From Phallusia mammillata (lineage: Eukaryota), in NCBI GenBank assembly GCA_965637545.1, contig OZ281498.1, forward strand, positions 8,556,001 through 8,620,000: 64,000 nucleotides of DNA, written 5' to 3'. The position numbers and the translations under genes were made by a program. Shown in pieces: positions 9,546 through 20,500 of the stretch (position 1 is its first letter; each line of letters starts with the position of its first letter). Below the pieces are notes generated by a model. The model had not been told where the DNA came from, searched no databases, and worked only from the letters and a program-made list of their open reading frames with translations.

Positions 9546-12500
9546 CTACACAGTTAAGGGCACGTGATTGAAGTAATTTGACCAATGAACCCAGCTGTAT
9601 CCATTGTCACACGAATTTTTGTTCCCGCTTTTGTGTACAGCAGACCGGAAAGTCCAATACATGAAATAGAAGTTGCACATTTCGTCTGTGTGCTTGGCTC
9701 CGATGTATGTTGTACGATTTCGTTTGCTCTCCATCACACATCTTGCTGCCTGGATAACATAATTTTGTTTGTTGCTGTGCGTCAAGTAAATCCTGTGTTC
9801 TGCGTTAATTTGGATTTCAAAGGTGTAAGCCTAAATGTATAGGCTACACAAACCTAAAAGTCAGCTTAAATTCTTCTGTTCGACTCCGCTCTTAAACTGT
9901 CGTGGACATGTCTGTCCCTGTTTTCATTATTGTTTGTAAAAGTTGCACTGTCAGGCTAACTGACCATGTTTGATACACAAAGTAATCTGCACCTAATACC
10001 GTCGTGGTAACCGAAACGGGATTTTTGAAAAGCTCAGTAACAACAACACTAACAATAATAACGGCAACCAGCACGTGCCCAAACTACACTTACCAACCAA
10101 TCGCCGTTCCGAATTCTAATGTTTTTGTCTGTAACCGGATAAAATGCTTCAGGTTTCTGTGGGTTCTTTTCCCCAATTAACGTCCAAACTCCGTTCTTAA
10201 CAACATATCCGTATATCATCTTTCCCAGGGCGTGTGCGTGAGTCCGGAAAGCAAATGGATGCATCACTACGTTTCCGTGGTATCTGTGTGTAAAGATTAG
10301 CTTGAGTTTGACTACTGAACACAGTGTATAGTATTTTCTTTCGCTATGACTGTTTGTTGCGTTATTTGCATGTGGTATAGAAATGGAATTCCTAGCAGCT
10401 TGTTGTTGCGTTATGGAAGTATTTTGTTCAGTTTTGGGGGCCGCACAAATATATTGAAAAAGCCGCTAGCGACCCCTTCCTTAAAAGAATACCAAAAATA
10501 ACAGAAATATGGAATTAAAAGCACGAAAAATTGGTAATTCAAGATACTGTGGTCATGTATTGGTAAAACAGTAGTTGAAAATCACGATTTAAGCTTGTCA
10601 ACTTGCTTGCAGTTACGTTATGACAACATTTAAGTTATGACAACTTGCTTGCAGTTACGTATCACACATATCTGACGTTACTCACTTGCATACAATATCC
10701 AAGTCCTTCTTAGAATGTTTTGGAATCGAGCCATCCGAAGAAGCCAAAACATAAATGCCAGCGACTTTAGGTTGAGGTTGGATCGTAGCTACGGCCGTTA
10801 CGGATATTTTGTGAATTCCGTAAGCTGTAGAAATAAAATCACCTTTGAGCTTGTGCGAAAAATATGTGTTTGAATTTTCGTCCCGTTAAAATTGCAGTAT
10901 CGTCTTTAAGGATGTAATGACAATAAGTTGTGCATAGCAACACTACAACTTCATGTTTGAATTTATTTGTTACTACTGGTATATAGTGGATAAAATAAAT
11001 AGTTTCTAGATATAAAAAAAAACATTTGCAAATAGTTTAAGTGTACTCTATGGAAAACCTGCTTAGGAAAGTAATTTAAAAAAAATAAAAAAGTGCTCTT
11101 AGAAACATTAGTCAAAAAACTGCATTCTTTTAAAGCAGTCAAAACATAAGACATTTGAACGTCCACTAAATGTCAAACTTACTGTCTGCCGCCGCCATGG
11201 ATTTGAAATGAACTTGTAGAGTCAGATATTTCACGTCAGTTAGAGCTCCGACCTGAAATCCAACGTCCTTCGGAAGGTAAAAAGCTGGAGCGTCCTTGGC
11301 CCAAGCCCACAAAATCGTTTCTTTTCCAGTACAAGTTGGTGCTTGCACGAACGAACCTTTCTTTCCGCCGTGCATTGCCCCACCGCAATCCCTAACCAAT
11401 AAAATGAGGTGTTTTAGTATCCACTTTCTTGCTGCTTAACTGTCTCTTCAAATCCTGGGCAATCGCTACTTTTCGTACTATTCTCGTAGTTTTCATAGGT
11501 TTATGTCAGTGACTCTTTGGTTTGAGGGATTTTCAAGCAAAACGCGACGCCTTTTAGTATCAACTTTTCTGCTATTTCATGTCCTAATTTGTATGTCAAA
11601 GGTGGGCCGAAAAATAAAACTTTTGCAGTAGCATATTTTCGCAAATGTTGTTGCGCCACATTATAATGTACATTAAATTGTCGTGCAGTTTCTAGTTCTA
11701 GAAAAACCATTGATACAATTTTTGTAATACCGACAAAAAACATTTTGCGACGCCCAAATAAGCACTGATCCGTTTTGTGCATAAATAAAAATCCACCACA
11801 AACCTCATTCACAACGTGCTTTAAATTGGGTTAAAGGGATAAATTCGTTTAACTACCATTTGCACAAGCTTTTTGTGCAGTACATGTGTTTTTATCTTAC
11901 ATAGATTCACCACTAAAATTTTAATTAAGGAAAATGCCCAATGTATTATCAGTGCAATTAAATGCATAATCGGGGTCTACAAATAGCAACGTTTTCATCC
12001 AAGTCATAGCCGTAAAAGGGAAACGTTTATTTGCGTGACTGCTGCGACGTGCCATGGACCATTTCCCGGATAAAACACAGCCCTAACAAGCACTAATCAC
12101 ACAACCAGTGTATTTGAAACTCTCACCATACGCTCAACGTTGTGGAGCCCGGTTCTTTACATCCATACAACAACATGTGATGAGCAACGCTCTGTATAGC
12201 ATGGGGAATATACTCAACTGTAAAACATACATTTTGTTAATTTGATATGTTATAAAAGCCTTGTCTATAATTTTCTTTAGTGATGTAGCAATTGTGAAGC
12301 CTATCTTGTAGTCACCCAAAATTTTTTTATTAGTTTAAATCATTGCCGAAATTTAAGAAGTACCCCCAATTATTTACTTCTGTCCTTTTGCAAGGTTGCT
12401 TATAGTAGCTTATTTTTTTACACACATGTTTTTACACAACAATCACCAAACTATCGGTACTTCGGTAAAAAAAACTTGCTAACATGAAGGCGTAGCCTAA

Positions 12501-14279
12501 ATGCAGACAAGCGGTTATGGCCACTCAAATATAATGAAAGCACACTAGGCTTATTCAAGGCGTAAACCAAATTACATCCTAAAGCCTCGCGTGATTTACT
12601 AAAGAGTTATATAGACCTATAATTATTTTCCCAAAGGAGCTAAAATGACCTTTGCCTAATATTTGGACATTTTCAGCGTACATTTTTCTCGTCAGGTTCT
12701 AACAGTAATAAAATTGCAAATTCAGTGACTCATAGACAAAAATATACGAAATGTAAAAGTTTGGGAGTTATTGAAAAAATACATCAACTTACTAAGGTAA
12801 ATGGTGTCGCGGGCATCATACTTGGATAGTTTGACTGTTGTGCATAAGTATGTATCATCCTGCAAACAAAATGTAAACATAACAAACAGCCTACAGTCTT
12901 GCCATATGGGAATGCTTGAGAGACCGGCTCGATTCGGTATATTGACTTCAATAGGCCTTGTGGTATGATTTATGCACTCAGTCACTTACATAAAAGTAAC
13001 AGTAAGAAGCAGTTAGAAAGGCTAACATTTGTCCTGTACGTTTTGTAAGAAATCAGAGGAAGTTATCAGGGGAACAAAATACACAGCTCTAGTTATTTTA
13101 TAACCCGCGTTTACAAGATTGTTCTGTACTGTCCCAACAAAATCTGTGCTACCAATGGAAAGTTTTATTTTAAAACTCACGTGACTGATGTTGACTGCAG
13201 GCATGCGAATGTTGATGTTGAAACGGTTACTACTTCCTGATTGACTCTTTGACGAGCTGTAAACCAAAATGTGTAATGTGTAATGATTAAAAAAATAATA
13301 AGCTGCAGACCGTGCACACTGTTTCGACCTATAAGGTCTCATCAGTACAACTGGTGACGAGAGATCGGTCGTATTAGCTAGTGTAGGCATCCAACGGCAC
13401 TCCAGTTTGTAAGGAGTAACAGGGTAAAAACCCATGCATAACCTATTCTGTGCGATGCCACCATACACCACAGAGGAAACTGGCTCACAATGACCAAGCA
13501 ACTGCTAGGTCGGAACAGTATGCACTGTCTGCAGTTATCGTTTATTGACTCGATGCTTTTACATTCAAAGAATAATGTAAAAGAAAAACCGTGGACCGCA
13601 ACTATACTACAATAAAGAAACAAAATGTAGCACTCACACAGTGTCTGTAGAGTCACTGCGTACTTTTAAGTCATCATCATCATAATCTTCATCTAAATCG
13701 AATGAATCTGCATTTCCTTTGTCACCATCATATTCGATTAAATCCGGTTCCTCGATAAAATCAAAGCCGTATTCTTGTTCGTCTGAACATTTGTTTGGTT
13801 AAAAAATGGTCCATAAACTTTCGTTTTTTTAATATAAATTTAGTTATAAAAGTGTAGTTTGTGTTGAAAATCAAACCCAAAAGTAGTTTTGCAATGATAA
13901 ACTGTTTTTAGAACTAAAAATCATTAAAAATTGTGGAATGATTGAAAACTAACATCTTCAGTAGGCATTTTTCCACAAATATTAACACAAACGGTCTAAC
14001 CCAGTTGGTCTCAACCTGGGACCTTTCAGGGGTCCATTGTCGATGAAAAATTGAGAACCACTGGCTAACCTCTTACTACAAATTAGAATAACAAACGAAT
14101 AAATGATTATTACCTCTTTCGCCATCGGATGCTTCTATGGGGCCAAACAGATAATCCAAATCATTTTCAAAGTTTTGCAAAGTTTCAAATTCGTCCAAAT
14201 CGGTATCAATATGACCTTCGCAAAACGCTATCAACACAATACAAACTACCAAGCACGCCAAACTCCTATTGTGTGTCAT
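9546..14279 (-). CDS. PHM: Peptidylglycine alpha-hydroxylating monooxygenase, monofunctional (no PAL domain), 428 aa
   Basis: Nine phase-consistent exons: 14114-14279, 13638-13782, 13181-13256, 12793-12859, 12127-12217, 11183-11391, 10686-10824, 10094-10283, 9546-9749. Signal peptide. Copper ligands present: AHHMLL, LQVHF, RTHAH, DEMCNFY. Stop about 40 aa after the Met ligand. Confidence 0.93.
13290..13563 (-). mobile_element. Hammerhead-bearing palindromic element, family H1 (Penelope/retrozyme-like), copy A
   Basis: Shares the core GGGTTTTTACCC...ACTCC..ACAAACTGGAGTGCCGTTG..TG.CTACAC...CCGATCTCTCGTCACCAG with copies at 22248 and 46203. Full hammerhead at the left end on the minus strand; inverted partial copy plus tail GATGCTTTTACA at the right end. 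Confidence 0.85.
13301..13352 (-). ncRNA. Type I hammerhead ribozyme, intact catalytic core, sense to PHM intron 2
   Basis: Minus strand reads AGTTGTA-CTGATGA-GACC TTATA GGTC-GAAAC AGTGTGCACG GTC-TGCAGCT. Stem I is 7 bp (2 G-U), stem II 4 bp, stem III has one mismatch, and the GUC triplet predicts cleavage between 13308 and 13307. Confidence 0.88.
14002..14063. mobile_element. 62-bp minimal hAT (Charlie-like) MITE
   Basis: Termini CAGTTGGTCTCAACCT / AATTGAGAACCACTG resemble the element at 14935. Degenerate TSD GTCTAACC / G-CTAACC. Confidence 0.6.
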
Positions 14280-14429
14280 CTTAATATTTAAACGATATAC
14301 GTTAGCACACTGCAAGCTCCAACATGTACGAAAAGGATTATGCACATTTTACGTAGGCACACTTTGATTTCCTCCTTGAGGAACAGACTGCCTACTACTG
14401 TTACACAATCGATTATGTTTTTTTTTTCG

Positions 14430-14810
14430 AACCATATGTTGTTGCCTTGCATATTTATGTCAAGCTACATCGTTTCTCAATAGTTTCTCACCGTTAAACT
14501 CTTTACTCAAATTGTCCAAAGCTTTCTTGGCATGTAGTTTATGAATTATCTGTCTTTTGTAATGCTTGATTATATCGTGAACAACCTATTGTTTAAGCGA
14601 ATTCCCCATATTTTCCGTCGCAGAAGTATTTCTTTAAACTGCCCAAAACCTTTTTCGCATGTAGTTATCAATTCTGTGTCTAACGAGTATGCTTTTGTAA
14701 TGATTGCTTATATATTGAGCAACATATTGTTTAAGCAAATTCCTAAAAATACTTTCGTCGCAGAAGTACGTATTTCTTAAAACTGTCCAAAACTTTTTAC
14801 ACAGACCATC
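14430..14810. repeat. Degenerate tandem repeat, unit about 140-150 bp, upstream of PHM
   Basis: Recurring CTTTTGTAATG..TT..TTATAT....GAACAAC.TATTGTTTAAGC.AATTCC...TTCGTCGCAGAAGTA...AAACTG.CCAAAAC blocks at about 14555 and 14695, with a partial third copy. Confidence 0.7.
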
Positions 14811-14934
14811 CATCCTATATCAAAAGCATATGCTATTGCAATCCTTACTTGTACTAACCAATATACAGAACGTTGTTAAAGCGAGTTTCCTGATTCTTTT
14901 ACGCAGCAAAGGTTATTACTCAAACTGTCTAAAT

Positions 14935-15387
14935 CAGTGTTTCTCAACCTGGGGGTCGCGACCCCCCAAGGGGTCGCCAAGCAATTTTGAGGGGTCGCGG
15001 AGACGTAACCGAACACGGAATACTTTATCTGTATCATAAAAACTTTCCCTATGACTTTTGTTTAGCATGTAGTAACTCACACGACCGTTTGATTTAGAAC
15101 GGGCGTAACATTATTTGCGATTGTATACTTCTATAATTGCGGGTTTTGGTTTTTCTTAACATAAAAAAAACACGAAATAGTGAAATAGTTAGTGAAAAAT
15201 AGGGGTTTTCCGGAATACAGCAAAACGCCGAACTATTGCAGCCACGTTAAGATTGCAAATGTGTGATGAACACAATCAACACATGCTGGTAGTTAAACTT
15301 CTTGTGTGTGTGCGTATGTATAGGGGTCGCGTGGTGTTAGAAAATCTCTAAAGGGGGTCGCATAGTAAAAAAGGTTGAGAACCACTG
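14935..15387. mobile_element. hAT-Charlie-like MITE, 453 bp
   Basis: TIRs CAGTGTTTCTCAACCT / AGGTTGAGAACCACTG, subterminal GGGGTCGC repeats, perfect 8-bp TSD GTCTAAAT (14927-14934 and 15388-15395). Confidence 0.9.
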
Positions 15388-16269
15388 GTCTAAATCCTTT
15401 CACACAGTTTATGTATCTGGTGTCTTCGACGTATCCTGTTAAAATACCAGTTCTTAGAACCATAAGCAAGATATATCGCTAAAGCTCTAACACTTTTCTG
15501 TCCCAAGAAACTTTGCCTATACAGCCAAACAATTATTAAGATCCAAAGCACATGTTGCTGTAATACTCTAAATACGTTTGGAATAATGTACCTCCAAAAA
15601 AAGATTACTATAAAAAAATTGTAATGCGAATATTTTTTTAATTGTTTGATGGTCATGGCTAACAAAAGAAAAGTCCTTGGCCAAAAGGGTGGTGCCCTTC
15701 GTTTTTGCTGATCGTAACCTTTTCATCAAACTGTCTCCTGGCCTTCTCAAAAGCTAGTGGAAACTATACTTGTGGTACAAATTTGCCAAAATGCATTAAA
15801 ACTGATGGCAACGTTTGTGTTAACTGCGTATCTCGTAAGTTTAAAATACCAATCTATTAGCGAATTAATTTCATACATAAAACAGTCAGCAAAAATTAAG
15901 CGTACACGCTGTTTCTATGCCATGGACTATACCCCAAAACAGCTGCGAATAGTTTATTCACATCACGTCTTACCCTATGGCGTACTGCAGATATTAAGCA
16001 GAAACCCAAACGCCACCCAATTAACGCCGTTGGTAAACACTTCCATACGCCCCAACTGGTTTACAATGCAAGGAAGCAATAGATTGGCGTCTTTTCTTTC
16101 GCTTTTCAGTCGCTCAATGCGTCAACGCTATGGAGGTTTTCGATATTGATTTCAAGAATAGTTTTAGCACTCGCATTCATTTGCTCGGGGATAAACAGTT
16201 AAAGAAATAAATGGGTGATTTTTTTCACTTGTCTAACTGTTATCTATGCCGGATGTGCAAGCTTGGGTC

Positions 16270-16480
16270 AATGACAACTACTAATATTGGACTGCGCACT
16301 TTTATTTACTATAATTGTAGGTTTGTACCAAATAGATTTATATTGAGTTACACAGTTCCCATCAAAATTTGCAAATGATTCTGGCTCTAATATTAGTGCA
16401 AAGAAAACGCCGGGCGCATTGCTCTGCTTAAAAACAAAAAAGGAGTTGGATTCCATTTGAAGCAATGCATTGAGATAATT
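16270..16480 (+). pseudogene. Possible heavily decayed LINE reverse-transcriptase fragment
   Basis: Frameshifted peptides ILDCALLFTII and KFANDSGSNISAK...KELDSI loosely echo the RT motifs ILGPLLF.IYINDL and LFADDT. Stops and frameshifts are present; pattern match by eye only. Confidence 0.3.
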
Positions 16481-17581
16481 TAGCAAGCTACACGTCTTTA
16501 AAAATCTAAACGTCTTTGCGGTACATACAACCTTTTTTGAGTTGGTCGCATTTGACCTGCGCACCCCAGGTTTTATGCCCTTAATCTATGTCATAGATTT
16601 TATGACCTTGCCACTGGCCTCTTATAGATTTTCTTTTCTCCTTTATGCATACTCTTTAACGTACGAAAGTCATAATTTGATCATTTATGATGACAACAGC
16701 GATTGTAAAACCGTTTGCCTTACGATTTATTCTTTATAAGCTCACAGGCAGTTTTAATTTCTATCAAGCTGCAGTTTTAGGTCCTGGTATATTTAGCCTA
16801 CCATAATTTTGTGTTGTTACCTTACCACGTTTACCTGTGTTTTGTAATCCTTATGTGGATTTCAAGACAGCAGTGTTTGAGCGTATCTTTGTTATGGTTT
16901 ACCACTTTACATGTCCAGCCATTAGTGCAACGTGCGAAGGCTTTTGGCAGCCGTAAAACTACGCGTCACGCACTGTCTTTTCAAGATGGTTTTACGTGCT
17001 TACTTTTATATACCTGTGCTACAGAGTTGTAAATAAGCCTGAAATTGGAGCTCGAACCCAAAAGTACAAGCCCGAAACCCGGCCCAAACACGAATCGTTT
17101 TTGAGAAGTCCGTTTAGGCCCGAAAGTTTTATTGACAGGCCTATACATTGAAGCCTCAGGAAAGACCAAGACGAAAGGTAATGTGCCTACAAGACGACAG
17201 TTAATGGGCCTACAAGTAAGAGAATGTGTTTTTATTTTAACTTTTCACATTGTCTGCAATATAATAGGCAGCTAAATTCTCAGATAATAATGTCAATCTT
17301 GTGAAGCACAACCTTTGAAATATCGTTTTTTAAGTTCAATATTCAGAAAATGAAATCAAAGGTGGCAGCACCGCAAAGTATAAGGTCAAGATATTCGTAC
17401 AGTGTTTATCAGATACTTTTAAATAATTTTCCGGAACTTTTAACACAACAAAAATATATGAGCAAACCTTTTGTATTCAAAAAATTTGATGAAGTTTATG
17501 CATCATACAAATATCAGTACAACGATGAAACAAGTGGCAAGTTGTTTGGTAAAAAAGGTCAAATTGCAACTTAACCCCGGG

Positions 17582-20500
17582 TCATCTCCCAATGTAACCT
17601 CCAGCATCGTCATACGTGACGTTGTGAGGTCCCGATAGCGGCGTCAGAACGGCGTCCGGGTGACCCTTACTGACCCCGTTTCTGTATTTTCGATGGTTAT
17701 TGCTTGCATCATCAGCCATCACGTTGTATTCGGCGTCACGTCGCAGTGAGGAGAAAAGATCGGCGTCGGCTTTGTTTTTACCCTGCACGAATAATAAATA
17801 TTGTACGCCAGATATATTCAAGGCGTTACAACGAATCGAGCCGGCCTCCCAAGCATTTTCCTATGACATTGGCTAGAAAGATCTAGCCTGCGGTGGGATT
17901 CGAACCCACGATAGGAGCCTTTGCGGGGCCCTACCAACTGAGCTACACCTATCTGAATAAATAAATATAGTACGCCAGGTCTGTTAAGGGCGTCATACCG
18001 AATCATCCGGCCACTAAGCATTTACCACCGTATGGCAAGGCATAGGCTAAACATCTACCTAGCAGTGGGATTCGAACCCACGACAGAAGCCTACGTGGAA
18101 ATCTAACAACTGAACTACACCTGCACAAATGAACATAACGATAGAATACGTGGATATGACTTTCAGATACGACCCAAATTCAGATACAAAACATGACCTA
18201 AGTTGGTGCCGTCAGTTCATATTCCGTAGAAAACTCATAACGATAGGACAGGCGGCTTCCTAAAAGTCTGGGGCACATATTTTACTTTGTTGTTCCAACG
18301 TGGGGATTAAAGATCCGCTAGTTGACGTAACAGATGTAAGTTCAGAAAAACCACTTAGTCGTTCACCCTTTGGTTTTAAAGATATATATATATTTCGCTA
18401 TTACAGCATCGTCAGTATCTTATTCAAATAGAAACAAATAGAAGATACTGACGATGCTGTAATAGCGAAATATATATATATATCTTTAAAACCAAAGGGT
18501 GAACGACTAAGTGGTTTTTCTGAACTTACATCTATTGCTATAAGGAATTTTACTCTTCACCCACCAAGCAACGGACTGGGTGATTCGAGCTTTAAGTTTC
18601 AATTACGAGTATTGACGTAACAGAGTTACAAAACAGTGCGAATTGGCTTCCTTAACTCGATGTTTTAAACCAACTTGTTTAGAGTCACCAAGTTTTTGCC
18701 ACACAGCTCCAAACAAACATTGCCCCTCACAAAATTTTGTTCTGGCTACGCTAATGCACACAAATAACATCAAACTTCCATCATACCAGAACACAATACA
18801 TTGGTATTGACAACAACGCAATAAAACACCTACCTTCCGCGTCCAGTACTTTTGTCGTATCACCGCCCAATCCACAACCTGTTCTAACGTTGCGACTCTT
18901 GCACCAGTTTCAATTGTATAATTTCTCTTACGATTGTCATCAGCTTCGCGCGCATCAGCAGTTGGCGAGTGGTCCTGTAATGGAAACGTTAAAGTATTTT
19001 ACAGCTTACAGTAATGATGTGACATCCAAAATTTTAGGCACGGCATAGGTTTACACTAAGCAAACCTAGGCTAATGCCTTTGTTGGTACCATCATCAGGT
19101 ACAATGAGTCAGGAAGTCACAACTGTCTGCTAGACTGCACAGCTGTGGGTTTCACTGTTTCTTGTTTTCTGGGCAATTATTGTTTCAACACTTCAGGAAC
19201 TGATGATGCCACATAGGCGAAATATATATATTCCCTTTTTGAACCGACTGATTCTGTTTTACCAAGGATTTTATCGTCCGTTGGTTTTACTGTATTATCG
19301 TCAGTTTAAGCCATGCTGTTGATGGTTTTGATTTATTACTGAAGTTCCGTTTTGTTATTGCAAGTACAATCTTTAGAAACATTTTTTTTACAAAATACAA
19401 ATGTCAAATTAATCTTCACTTACCGATGTTGACGAATTCCAACTTCGATGGTTCATTATGACGCCATAACCATCGTCCACGTGATTGACGACATGGTCCT
19501 CCTCCTCAGTTCGATCGATGCCGACGTCACAAGCCCGACCTTGTGACGTAACAAACTGTTTACAAATTCTGACACACCAAAATTTACATTCATTTTAATA
19601 TCTCAACATACCCTTGTGTTTTACGCAAAGACGAATATACTGGAAACAGGTGATAAAGAGATTGATTGGAGCTGGGGATAAACTCGTCTTTTTCATGTTA
19701 CGAATTAACTTCGCGCGTCCAAATTTCCACTCTGTGTCTGATTGAGCCTGTGTGAGATATGAAAACAGTAATGTTATACTTCGGCATAGATTTGTTTCAT
19801 TAAAAAACGAAAAAACTAATGTAGCCCTCCCGCTTACAACTCTAATCTGATCTACACAACATTTAAAACATTACCTGAATTCTTTGGTAAGTATCAGACA
19901 TCATGGCAATGAGCAAGTTGATGAGCACGATGAGTGTGATGATGTGATAAAGACCAAACACAATTTGGACCAGGTAAATAGTGAAATTCGGACTCTGGTT
20001 GATCGGAGGCAAGTTATCGGGTTCTATAAGTCCGAACAATGCGAAGAAAAGTATTTGAAATGTGTCCAAGGGATTAAGAAGCCTTGCCTCGTCTGTTGTG
20101 GAACCTGCGGATTTTAAATGAACTTTAAAACATTGTATCAAACTATCAATATCAATTAACTATCAATAGTTCAATAATAAGATGAACATTAATTCACAAC
20201 TGGGAGCAGCCCTGAAGCGTCTATGGCTATGCAGACCAGCGATGCGATACACCGAGACTTTCTAACCTACGCCTTGCCATATGGTGGTGAACGCTTGATG
20301 ACCGGTTGATTCGGTATCACGCCTTGAATGAACCTGGCGTACTATGATTTAGTTCAATTGTATTGCGCCAGGTCTATTAATTAAGGCGTTATACCGAATC
20401 TAGTCAGTATCCCAAGCATTCCCATATATGGCATAACTTAAGCTAGAAATATCTGGCCTGCGGTGGGATTCGAACCTACGACCGAAACCTATCCGAGGTT

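Larger units (their letters stand above)
18332..18533. repeat. Near-perfect 202-bp palindrome (about 90-bp arms, 20-nt spacer) made of two diverging hammerhead elements
   Basis: 18332-18421 is the reverse complement of 18442-18533 except for one extra TA unit. Confidence 0.95.

Noticed and set aside
15390-16149. ORFs of 60-130 aa between PHM and nompC
   Set aside because: Only faint LINE-like echoes, no splice-consistent model, no recognisable domain.
17880-17950. tRNA gene call for box A/box B matches (also 18060, 20460, 36890, 60655, 63830)
   Set aside because: No proper acceptor or anticodon stems; every copy is followed by the same SINE body, so these are SINE heads.
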